Of a stretch of 64,000 nt of DNA, positions 39,983 to 51,194 are shown piece by piece. This stretch comes from Candidatus Krumholzibacteriia bacterium (GTDB lineage Bacteria > Krumholzibacteriota > Krumholzibacteriia > LZORAL124-64-63): positions 194 to 64,193 of the forward strand of contig JAWKQQ010000006.1 in the NCBI GenBank assembly GCA_041390065.1, read 5' to 3'. Made by a program: the position numbers and the translations under genes. A model generated the notes under the pieces. The model was not told the origin of the DNA. It did not search any database and saw only the letters and a program-made list of their open reading frames with translations. Each line of letters begins with the position of its first letter. Positions within the stretch are counted from its first letter, which is position 1.

Positions 39983-40597
39983 CTAGTTGCAGCTGGTGCC
40001 GATGCCCTGGGTGAAACGCGCCACGTCGGACAGGTTGATGATGCCGTCGTTGTTGAAGTCGGCATCATACGTGTAGGTGGCGAGCGCCTGCGTGAAGGTC
40101 GCGACGTCCGACAGGTTCACGATGAGGTCACCGTTGATGTCGGCACTGTTGAACGTGAGGGACAGGCCCGCACCGGCCAGAGGAGCGCCGGCCACGATGA
40201 CCCGCGTGGTCTCGCCAGCCGAGTTGCCACCGGCAGCCAACGGGTTGGACCAGGTGGTCATGCCGTCGATGTCGGTGGACGCGTCGGCAGCGGTGCCGCC
40301 GTCACAGAACGTGAGGCCGCCGAGGGACGTCTCGAGCCACAGATCCTCGAACGGATAGCCGAAGATCGGGTCGCCCGTGGTGTCGATCAGGGTCAGGGTG
40401 ATGGTGGCGTCAACCGTGCCACCGACACCGAAGGCCTGGTCGAGGGCCACGCCGGCCCCGTTGGGAAGGTTGAAGACACTGGCGCCGTTGGCAGCAGGGT
40501 CGATGGAAGCAGTCGACGTGTTGAGGTCGGGAACGCCGGCCCAAGCAATGGAAGCCAGGCTCACGACCAGCGCGCCGAGCAAGAACCTACGAAGCAT
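39983..40597 (-). CDS. Secreted protein with C-terminal dockerin-type (EF-hand-like) repeat pair
   Basis: GGAGGTG upstream of the ATG at comp(40595-40597). Signal MLRRFLLGALVVSLASIAWAG. C-terminus DINGDLIVNLSDVATFTQAL...DFNNDGIINLSDVARFTQGIG is two dockerin-like calcium-binding segments. The N-terminal ~130-aa domain is unassigned. Confidence 0.75.
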   Translation of the reverse strand: MLRRFLLGALVVSLASIAWAGVPDLNTSTASIDPAANGASVFNLPNGAGVALDQAFGVGGTVDATITLTLIDTTGDPIFGYPFEDLWLETSLGGLTFCDGGTAADASTDIDGMTTWSNPLAAGGNSAGETTRVIVAGAPLAGAGLSLTFNSADINGDLIVNLSDVATFTQALATYTYDADFNNDGIINLSDVARFTQGIGTSCN

Positions 40598-40871
40598 TAG
40601 GTCACCTCCAAAAAGTGATCCGTTCAAGCGAGGGTGGCTAACCCAGGCGGAGTACGTGCGATAACCGCGTCGAGGCCTCCTTCCCACTCGGAGTCCATCA
40701 CTTGACTGCATGAGGTTAGCACAATGGTCCCTGATGGGCAATAGTATTTTTTCTCCCAGTGTCAATAATTTGCAATACCGTATCTGCTTGCGTGGCATTC
40801 AGATGGAACCGCGTGGATCCATCATGAGGCAGGACAGGAAACATCAATCAAGATGTGGATAGTTCAATAAA

Positions 40872-40948
40872 TGGTGGGCGAAACAGGGTTCGAACCTGTG
40901 GCCTCCTGCTTGTAAGGCAGGCGCTCTGACCAGCTGAGCTATTCGCCC
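40872..40948 (-). tRNA. tRNA-Val (anticodon TAC)
   Basis: 77 nt: GGGCGAA-TA-GCTC-AGCTGGTCA-GAGC-G-CCTGC-CTTACAA-GCAGG-...-ACAGGTTCGAACCCTGT-TTCGCCC-A-CCA. Confidence 0.9.
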
Positions 40949-41115
40949 ACTCCTCGGCGGAAGAGCCGCCATACGAAGAGCGGCAACACCACGCAGTACC
41001 CCGCCACCAGCAGCACCGGTCCGAGGGACAGGCGGTTGTCGGCCAGCAGGATGTAGCCGACCACGATGGTCAGCAGGCCGACGAGCAGGAGCCAGACGTT
41101 GCGCAGCAGGGGCAT
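40939..41115 (-). CDS. Small two-TM membrane protein (DUF3098-like, tentative)
   Basis: MPLLRNVWLLLVGLLTIVVGYILLADNRLSLGPVLLVAGYCVVLPLFVWRLFRR has two hydrophobic helices and a short size consistent with DUF3098. Its last 10 nt overlap the tRNA-Val 5' end. Confidence 0.4.
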   Translation of the reverse strand: MPLLRNVWLLLVGLLTIVVGYILLADNRLSLGPVLLVAGYCVVLPLFVWRLFRRGVGE

Positions 41116-41174
41116 GGCGTTCCTTTCCAGGCGCGGTTGACGGACGCGAAGCATAGGCTCCGCCGGTCCTGCCG

Positions 41175-42233
41175 TCAACGGCGGCGCGTCCGCATGAGTT
41201 CCCGGTAACGCGCGACGGCGCGGTTGTGCTCGTCGAGCGTCTCGGAGAACACGTGCCCCCCCTCGCCGTCGGCCACGAAGTAGAGCGCGCGGCAGAGGCT
41301 GTCCGGCGCGGCGGCCGCGGCCACGGCGGCCGCGCCCGGAGCCATGATCGGCGCGAGCGGCAGCCCGCTGCGGCGATACGTGTTGTAGGGAGAATCGACC
41401 TCGAGGTCGCGGTAGAGCAGACGCTGGCCACGCTTGCCGAGCCAGAACGCCACGGTCGGATCCGCCTCCAGACGCAGGCCGCGCTGCAGGCGATTACGGT
41501 AGACGGCGGCGATCAGGCTCCGCTCCTGCGGCAGACGGGCCTCGGACTCCACCAGGGACGCCAACGTGAGCAGCTCGTGGTAGCGGCCCCGCTGCGCGCC
41601 CGCCTGCGCCAGGCGCGACAGTTGCAGATCCACCATCGCGGCGGCCACGTGCGCGGCGTCCAGCCCGAGGGTGAAGTGGTAGGTGTCGGGCGCCAGGTAC
41701 CCCTCGCACCAGTGCAGGGGACGACCCGACGGACGCGGTCCGCCGGCCACGACCGCGGCGAGGGCATCCCGCGTCTGCGGCGCCATCAGCGTGTCGGCGC
41801 CGTCCTGGACCCGGCGATCGGCCGCCGCGAGGATGGCGTCCGGATCGAGGCGCAGGCTGTCGGCCACCAGCGCGACCATGTCGGCCGCCTCGAGGCCCTC
41901 GCGCAGGGTGACCACCACCGGCACCGGCGGGCCGCCGACGAGGATGGCGAGGATGTCCCGCGCCGACGCGTCGGCCGGCAGGACGAAGGTTCCGACCTGG
42001 AGCGCCCGGTCACGGCCGGAGAGGCGCGCGGCCAGCAGGAACACGCGGCGGCTGCCCAGCAGGCCGCGCTGCGCCAGGCGGTCGGCCACCGTCTGGAGCG
42101 TGGCGCCGGCCTCGACCTCCACCCTCGCCTCCGGTTCCCCGTTGCCCACGGTGTAGGCCCGTCCCAGGATCGCGGCGACGGCCACGAGCCCGAGCAGAAG
42201 ACCCGCCGCGGCGAACGCGAGCCGGCCCTTCAC
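41175..42233 (-). CDS. mltG: Endolytic murein transglycosylase (YceG/MltG)
   Basis: N-terminal TM (LAFAAAGLLLGLVAVAAILG). YceG signature SLVESEARLPQERSLIAAVYRNRL...LEADPTVAF...SPYNTYRRSGLPLAPIMAPG. Confidence 0.85.
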   Translation of the reverse strand: MKGRLAFAAAGLLLGLVAVAAILGRAYTVGNGEPEARVEVEAGATLQTVADRLAQRGLLGSRRVFLLAARLSGRDRALQVGTFVLPADASARDILAILVGGPPVPVVVTLREGLEAADMVALVADSLRLDPDAILAAADRRVQDGADTLMAPQTRDALAAVVAGGPRPSGRPLHWCEGYLAPDTYHFTLGLDAAHVAAAMVDLQLSRLAQAGAQRGRYHELLTLASLVESEARLPQERSLIAAVYRNRLQRGLRLEADPTVAFWLGKRGQRLLYRDLEVDSPYNTYRRSGLPLAPIMAPGAAAVAAAAAPDSLCRALYFVADGEGGHVFSETLDEHNRAVARYRELMRTRRR

Positions 42234-42658
42234 GGCCGCTCCGCCCCGCCGCCCTGCAGGCGGTCGAGGTGGTCCTGGAGGATCATCTGCGCAGCCACGT
42301 CATCGACCTCGCCCCGGCGGGCCGGCCGGCCTCGCAAGGCGATCTGGCGCGCGGCCGCCTGGCTGGTGTAGCGCTCGTCGACGTAGACCACCGGCAGGCC
42401 CAGGGCCGCGCCCACGCGTTCGCCGAAGCGACGCGCGCGCCGGGCGATGTCGCCCTCGCTGCCGTCGGCCCGCAGCGGCAGGCCGAGCACGACGCCCTCG
42501 GCGCCGCGCGAGAGGGCGAGGTCGGCCAGCTGGACGAGCACCGAACCATCGCGGCCCTCGACGTGCACGCCGACGGGCAGCGCGACCTTGCCGGCCTCGT
42601 CGCTGACGGCGATGCCGATGCGTCGGGTTCCGTAGTCCAGGCCGATGAGCACGGGCAT
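42230..42658 (-). CDS. ruvX: Putative pre-16S rRNA nuclease / Holliday junction resolvase-like YqgF
   Basis: MPVLIGLDYGTRRIGIAVSD...VVLGLPLRADGSEGD...VYVDERYTS. 142 aa. Confidence 0.85.
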   Translation of the reverse strand: MPVLIGLDYGTRRIGIAVSDEAGKVALPVGVHVEGRDGSVLVQLADLALSRGAEGVVLGLPLRADGSEGDIARRARRFGERVGAALGLPVVYVDERYTSQAAARQIALRGRPARRGEVDDVAAQMILQDHLDRLQGGGAERP

Positions 42659-42666
42659 GGGTCGGG

Positions 42667-43083
42667 TCAGGCCTCGGCGGCGGTCAGGTTCTTGGCGAGG
42701 CGGACGAGGAACCGTCCGTCGGCGGCGCGGTCGTAGGTGAGTTCGTCGGTGAACTCGCGCATGATGAGGATGCCACGTCCCCGCTCGCTCATGAGGTCGG
42801 CCACCGGCTGCCAGGCTTCGAAGTCGAACCCGGGGCCGTTGTCCAGGACCTCCACCACGATGCGGTCCTCCCCCACCTCGATGTGGACCTCCACCGCGGT
42901 CTCGCCGGCCAGATGGTTGCCGTGCTCCATGGCGTTCGAGCAGGCCTCGATGACGGCCGTCCCCAGTTCCTCGATGAGCGCGCGCGGGCAATCGAGGTCG
43001 CTGCCGACCTCGAGCAGGACCGCGTCCGGGATGCCCAGGAAGGCCATCTGGCTGGGCAGCTTCAGTTCGATGCGGGAGTTCAC
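42667..43083 (-). CDS. Anti-sigma factor serine kinase (RsbW/SpoIIAB-like, HATPase_c_2)
   Basis: GTG at comp(43081-43083). EELGTAVIEACSNAMEHGN (N-box), VLDNGPGFD and ERGRGILIMREFTDE. About 138 aa. Confidence 0.7.
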   Translation of the reverse strand: MNSRIELKLPSQMAFLGIPDAVLLEVGSDLDCPRALIEELGTAVIEACSNAMEHGNHLAGETAVEVHIEVGEDRIVVEVLDNGPGFDFEAWQPVADLMSERGRGILIMREFTDELTYDRAADGRFLVRLAKNLTAAEA

Positions 43084-43123
43084 GTGTGGCGCCCCCAGAC
43101 CCTCCCGGCAATGCCTGCCGGCT

Positions 43124-43476
43124 TCAGGCGAAGCTCCGGACCGCCTCGTCCTCGTTCTCGAAGAACTGGAAGACGGTGGCAAGCCGCGAAACGATGAAGA
43201 TGCTCTCGATACGGTCGGTGACCTTCAGCAGTTTCAACTCGCCCCCGGCGCGGTTGACGGTGGTGTAGCCGGAGATGAGGATCCCCAGGCCCGTGCTGTT
43301 GACCCACTTCACCTTCTCGAGGTTCACCAGGATGTTGTGGATGCCCTCGTGCATGCAGGTGCGCAAGGCCTCGTTGAACGCCTCGGCATCGGGACCGCCC
43401 ATGAGGTTCCCGCTCAGGTCGAAGATCGCGATGCCGTCCCGTCTGCGTTCCTGATCTTCCGCCTCTCTCCTTGCAA
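43124..43476 (-). CDS. Anti-sigma factor antagonist (STAS domain, RsbV/SpoIIAA-like); N-terminus out of frame as assembled
   Basis: ORF 43124..43402 gives MGGPDAEAF...VNSTGLGILISGY...GELKLLKV...IFIV. STAS homology (RRDGIAIFDLSGNL) continues upstream without a start codon. A TTG at comp(43474-43476) is reachable only with a 1-nt correction near 43451-43453. Confidence 0.6.
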
Positions 43477-43543
43477 GCGACGGAGGCGGGCGGCCTCCGT
43501 CTCGACCCGGCCAGCATAACGGCGCGGACCGGCCGTGTCCACC

Positions 43544-44545
43544 TCAGAGCGCGGCCTCCGGGCCGACCTCGGAACGGCTCAGATCGCGGCGCAGGCCGGC
43601 CAGGGCGGCGGCGAAGTCGGACGCGAGCGGCGCCCGGTACGTCACCAGCCGGCCGTCGGCCGGATACCCGCAACCGCAGCACCGCCGCGTCCAGCAGCTG
43701 ACCCAAGGAGCCGCGCGCACCAGGGCGGCGGCGGCCGCGCGGTCACGGGTGCGGTGTTCCGCGCCCGTCCGTCGTCGCCATGGAGGCGGATCGCCCCACC
43801 GGATGGCCGAAATGCTGGAAGTGGACGCGGATCTGGTGCGTGCGCCCGGTCTCGAGGTGGACGCGGCAGAGCTGCACACGAAGGCAGATGCGTCGATGAC
43901 CTCGTAATGCGTGACGGCCGGAGCGGCCGCCCTCGGCGAGCACCGCCATGCGCGTGCAGTCCTGCGGGTGGCGGCCGAGGTTGCTTCCCGTGAGCCGACC
44001 GGAGTTCGCGCCACTGCCCCCAGAGGCCAGATACTCCCGCCCCAGCGTGTGGTCCTTGAGCTGGGCCGCCAGGCACGGTGAGCAGCGCCGGTGCGGGCCA
44101 CCACCAGCAGCCCGCTCGTCTCCTGGTCGAGGCGATGGACGATGCCGGGCCGCCGCGGGTCGCCCGTGTCGGCGAGGTCGCGTCCGTGGTGCAGCAGGGC
44201 GTTGACGAGGGTGCCGCCGTGATGGCCGGGCGCCGGGTGGACGACCAACCCGGGCGGTTTGTTCACCACCAGCAGGTGCGCGTCCTCGTGGATGATATCC
44301 AGGGGAATGTCCTCGGCCCGGGCCAGCAGCGGCGGCTCCGCGGGCAGGCAGACCAGGATCCGGGCGTCGGCCTCCGGCCGGTAGCTCTTGGGGCGTTCAC
44401 GGCCGTCGACCGTGACGCCGCGTTCCGCGAACGCCTTCTGGATCCGGTGCCGGCTCACCTCGGGCAGGAGCGCGGCCAGGACGCGGTCGAGGCGCTGGCC
44501 GGCCAGCTCGGCCGGAACCACGAACGGCCGCGGCCGCTCAGTCAT
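43544..44545 (-). pseudogene. rluD: RluD-type 23S rRNA pseudouridine synthase, disrupted by several frameshifts as assembled
   Basis: ATG at comp(44543-44545). The S4 domain and HRLDQETSGLLVVART are intact. Between about 44080 and 43600 the conserved blocks are spread over all three minus-strand frames: LAAQLKDHTLGREY, GRHPQDCTRMAV, AVTHYEVI, HLETGRTHQIRVHFQHFGHPV and YPADGRLVTYRAPLASDF. Confidence 0.75.
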
Positions 44546-45050
44546 GGGTGTCGACGGCCGCGGCCGCCCGACGTCGCCGGCGGTCGCGCCACTCGTCACC
44601 CAGCAGGCAGAGGAGCAGGAGGGCGCCACCGCAGGTGACGCCGATGTCGGCGACGTTGAAGGTCCAGAAGCGCGCCGATCCCACGCCGAAGTCCAGGAAG
44701 TCGACCACCAGGCCATCGTAGAACACGCGGTCGACGAGGTTGCCGAGCGCGCCGCCGAGGATCAGGCCCATGGCCAGACGCCGCCAGCGCTGCTCCGTCG
44801 CGGTGGACCGCAGGAACCAGACCAGGAGCACGGCCGCGGCGGCCGAGATCGCGACCAGGACCCAGCGGCCGAAGGGCGTCAGGCCCATCGCCGCCCCGGG
44901 GTTGCGCACGTAGGCGAGGCGGAAGAAGTCGCCCAGCACCTCCACGCGATCGAAACGCAGGGAATCGGCGTGGGCCAGGACCAGCCGCTTGGTGACGAAA
45001 TCCGTGCCGACGATCAGTCCCGCGGCCAGCCAGGCCACCCAGCGTCGCAT
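44538..45050 (-). CDS. lspA: Lipoprotein signal peptidase II
   Basis: ATG at comp(45048-45050) overlaps the dksA-like stop. FRLAYVRNPGAAMG...GGALGNLVDRV...VVDFLDF...FNVADI motifs. 170 aa. Confidence 0.9.
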   Translation of the reverse strand: MRRWVAWLAAGLIVGTDFVTKRLVLAHADSLRFDRVEVLGDFFRLAYVRNPGAAMGLTPFGRWVLVAISAAAAVLLVWFLRSTATEQRWRRLAMGLILGGALGNLVDRVFYDGLVVDFLDFGVGSARFWTFNVADIGVTCGGALLLLCLLGDEWRDRRRRRAAAAVDTHD

Positions 45051-45424
45051 CAGAGGGATCCTTCCTCTTCCTTTTCCTTGCAGTCGATGCAGAGCCGGGC
45101 GTGCGGCAGCACCTTGAGTCGCTCCATGCCGATCTTGTCGTGACAGCCTTCGCACAGTCCGTAGGTGCCGTCCTCGATCCGGGCGAGCGCTTCCTCGATG
45201 TGGTAGAGGTACCGCCCCTCGGCCGCCGCCGTGTGGATGGTGGCCTCATACTGGTATTCGTCCGAGCCCTGGTCGGCCATGTGGTTGGAGTGGGCCCGGC
45301 CGGCGCCGGCGTCGGCGGCGTCCCGGCCCCGGATGGCCTTCTCATGCTGGGCCATGGACTGGCTCACCCGCTCCTTCTCCGCAAGAAGCAGCTTGCGGAA
45401 CCGTTGCAGTTCGGTCTTGCGCAC
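45050..45424 (-). CDS. DksA/TraR family C4-type zinc-finger protein
   Basis: Coiled-coil N-terminus and C-terminal CEGCHDKIGMERLKVLPHARLCIDC. 124 aa. Confidence 0.8.
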   Translation of the reverse strand: MRKTELQRFRKLLLAEKERVSQSMAQHEKAIRGRDAADAGAGRAHSNHMADQGSDEYQYEATIHTAAAEGRYLYHIEEALARIEDGTYGLCEGCHDKIGMERLKVLPHARLCIDCKEKEEEGSL

Positions 45425-45446
45425 GCGAGGCTCCTTTCGCCGTGCG

Positions 45447-48593
<3,147 letters not shown>

Positions 48594-48624
48594 CGGCGCA
48601 GGTGTCCTTCGCTGTCTGGGTGCG

Positions 48625-49455
48625 TCAGGCGCGGGGCGCCCGGCGCAGGAAGCCGGTGACGAGGGCCTCGAGGCGGGGCTGGGCGTCCCGCGCGGTGCGC
48701 AGGATGTCCTCCACCTTGGCCGGATGCAGGTTGTCGGGGAAGCAGGCGTCGGTGATCACGGAGATGCCCAGGACCTTCAGGCCGCCGTGCACGGCCACCA
48801 GGTTCTCCGGCACGCTCGACATGCCGACGGTGTCGGCGCCGATCAGCCGCAGGAACCGGTACTCGGCGGCGGTCTCGAGGTTGGGCCCGGCGACGGCCGC
48901 GTAGACGAAGTGCCGCAGCGCGAACCCGGCCGCCAGGGCCACCTCGTCGGCCAGGGCGATGTACCCGCGATGATACGGCTCGCTCATGTCCGGGAAGCGG
49001 GGGCCGAGGCGGTCGTCGTTGGCGCCGATGAGCGGGTTGTCCCCCATCAGGTTGATGTGGTCGATGATCACGCCCACGTCGCCCGGCTGGTGCTTGGGAT
49101 TCATGCCGCCGACGGCGTTGCTCATGATCAGGGAATGCGCGCCGAGGGCCTTCATCACCCGCACGGGCAGGGTGATGTCCTCCATCGAGTATCCCTCGTA
49201 ATAGTGGACCCGGCCCTGCATGACGGCCACCCGGCGGTCCTCCAGGCGCCCGAGCACCAGGTTGCCGTGGTGGCTGATGGCCGTCGATTCCACGAAATGC
49301 GGGATCTCGCCGAAGGGGATGGCCACGGGATCGACGATCCGGTCGGCCAGTTCACCGAGTCCGGTGCCGAGGATCAGGCCGAACTCCACCGGTTCGGGGG
49401 ACCGGTTCGCGATGAAGTCGGCGGCGGCCTGGATGCGGGAGTGGAGATCGCTCAA
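48625..49455 (-). CDS. punA: Purine nucleoside phosphorylase (trimeric PunA/PNP type)
   Basis: GLILGTGLGELAD, RFPDMS and IGADTVGMSSVPE motifs. 276 aa. Confidence 0.85.
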   Translation of the reverse strand: MSDLHSRIQAAADFIANRSPEPVEFGLILGTGLGELADRIVDPVAIPFGEIPHFVESTAISHHGNLVLGRLEDRRVAVMQGRVHYYEGYSMEDITLPVRVMKALGAHSLIMSNAVGGMNPKHQPGDVGVIIDHINLMGDNPLIGANDDRLGPRFPDMSEPYHRGYIALADEVALAAGFALRHFVYAAVAGPNLETAAEYRFLRLIGADTVGMSSVPENLVAVHGGLKVLGISVITDACFPDNLHPAKVEDILRTARDAQPRLEALVTGFLRRAPRA

Positions 49456-49587
49456 CGGTTTGCCTCCGGGGCGGTTGCTGCTGATCGGGCAAGGTAAGGT
49501 AACATGCTCCCCGGCGCCGGTGAAGGAAAAAGGATCGGGCGGGAAACCGTGGTTTCCCGCCCGAATTCGGCCATCCGTGCCGTCTGC

Positions 49588-50349
49588 TCAGTGGTGCGGT
49601 GACTCTTCCGGTGCAGGATTGTGGGGTGGCTCGGCCACCGGCTGCTGGGCCGCCTCGGCCTGCTTGACCACCTCGGCGATGTGCTCGGCCTCGGGCTGGT
49701 CGGCCCTGGGCGCGGCCGCCCGGGCGGCCTCCTTCTCGGCGGCCACGTGGTATTCGCGCCACTGGTCGCGTTCCTGATCGGCGGCACGCTGCGCCGCACC
49801 GACCGCGCCATCGCTGGCGGCCAGAGCCGCGGCCGGACGGCTGGTCGCCGCCGCCGTGGCCGTGAGGTCGAACTGGTCGAGGAGCCGCCCGTCGAGGTCG
49901 CGGAAATCGCCCCGATGCTGCTCGACGAACTGGATCTGGGCCTCGGCGAAGCTGCGGAACCGGCCGAGGTAGGCCTCCTTCTCGCGGTGGATGGCGAGGG
50001 CCTCGCGGCGCAGGTCGTTGAGCTGCTCGCGCCCCTCGGCCAGCACCCTGGCCACCCGTTGGCGGGCCTCCGCCACCAGGACCTCGCCCTCGCGGCGGGC
50101 CGTCTCGCGAGCGTCCTGGGCCACCTTCTCGGCGGTCATCAGGGTGTCGCGCAGGGTCTGCTCGATGGTCCGGTACTCGCCGAGCTTGCCGTCCTGCTCC
50201 ACCAGCCGCTCGCGCAGCTGCTTGTTGTCCACCAGTACGGCCTCGTATTCGTCGGCCAGGTTGCTGAGGAAGGCGCGCACTCGTCGCTGTCGTAGCCACG
50301 CATGCCGCGCTTGAATTCCTGCTTGCGGACGTCCAGGGGTGATCCTCAT
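49588..50349 (-). CDS. divIVA: DivIVA domain protein; first ~25 codons out of frame as assembled
   Basis: VRAFLSNLADEYEAVLVDNKQLRERL... coiled coil. The neighbouring frame at 50280-50336 encodes the missing canonical LDVRKQEFKRGMRGYDSDE. Two offsetting indels are inferred at the G4 run 50336-50339 and near 50279-50281. Confidence 0.75.
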   Translation of the reverse strand: MRITPGRPQAGIQARHAWLRQRRVRAFLSNLADEYEAVLVDNKQLRERLVEQDGKLGEYRTIEQTLRDTLMTAEKVAQDARETARREGEVLVAEARQRVARVLAEGREQLNDLRREALAIHREKEAYLGRFRSFAEAQIQFVEQHRGDFRDLDGRLLDQFDLTATAAATSRPAAALAASDGAVGAAQRAADQERDQWREYHVAAEKEAARAAAPRADQPEAEHIAEVVKQAEAAQQPVAEPPHNPAPEESPHH

Positions 50350-50476
50350 CAGTCTTGCCTCCAGATGCGGCCAACCTGCGGGCCTCAGCGGCCAGTTTCC
50401 GACCAGCGAGGCCGGCGATGTCGCGTTCCAGCGTCCAACCCATCAAGAGCGGTGCCAGCGCCCCCGGCGGCCGCGG

Positions 50477-51184
50477 TCAGCCGCGCTCGCCGAAGATCGC
50501 CGTGCCGATGCGCACCAGCGTGGCGCCCTCGGCGATGGCGGCCTCGAAATCGTCGCTCATGCCCATGCTCAGCTCCGGCAGGGCCTTGCCCAGGCTCGCC
50601 GCCGCGCGGTCCCGCAGGTCGCGCAGGGCGGCGAACGTGCGTCGCAATGCGGGCTCGGGGTCGCCGTACCTGGCCATGCACATCAGGCCACGCAATTCCA
50701 GGTGGGCAAGATCCGCCACCCGGGCGGCCGTATCGACCAGCTCGGCCGGGTCCAGGCCGTCCGTCTGGGGCTCGCCCGTCACGTTCACCTGCAGCAGGAC
50801 CGGCTGCACCAGCGAGAGCGCGGCCGCCTGGCGCGAGAGCCGCGCCGCCAGGTCCACCGAGTGCACGCCGTGGATGAGGTGGAAACGGCCGGCCGCCCGG
50901 ACCGCCTTGTTGCGCTGCAGGTGTCCGATGAAATGCCATCGCACGGCCGGAGGTTCCGCGAACCGGGCGGCGAGCTCGGCCTGGCGGTCGACCGCCTCGG
51001 GCAGACGGTTCTCGCCGAGGTCGCGCTGCCCGGCGGCGACGGCGGCCGCCACCCGGTCCAGGGCGACGCGCTTGGAGACCGCCACGAGGGTGACCCGGGA
51101 CGGATCGCGCCCGGCCCGCACGCAGGCCGCGGCCATGCGCTCGCGCAGACGGGTCAGGTTCTCGGCAACGTCGCGGTGGGCCAA
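50477..51184 (-). CDS. yggS: YggS-family pyridoxal-phosphate homeostasis protein
   Basis: VAVSKR (PLP Lys), WHFIGHLQRNK, LSMGMSDDFEAAIAEGATLVRIGTAIFG. Start proposed at the TTG comp(51182-51184), just after the upstream stop. The longer 273-aa ORF overlaps the neighbour. Confidence 0.8.
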   Translation of the reverse strand: MAHRDVAENLTRLRERMAAACVRAGRDPSRVTLVAVSKRVALDRVAAAVAAGQRDLGENRLPEAVDRQAELAARFAEPPAVRWHFIGHLQRNKAVRAAGRFHLIHGVHSVDLAARLSRQAAALSLVQPVLLQVNVTGEPQTDGLDPAELVDTAARVADLAHLELRGLMCMARYGDPEPALRRTFAALRDLRDRAAASLGKALPELSMGMSDDFEAAIAEGATLVRIGTAIFGERG

Positions 51185-51194
51185 GGCCCCTCCA

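Noticed and set aside
43080-43706. ORFs 43080..43706 (-), 43535..43993 (+), 43642..44076 (-) and 44078..44638 (+) as separate genes.
   Set aside because: They are frame fragments or shadows of the RsbW/STAS genes and of the frameshifted rluD. Their recognisable pieces (e.g. LLDAAVLRL, HLETGRTHQIRVH) belong to rluD.
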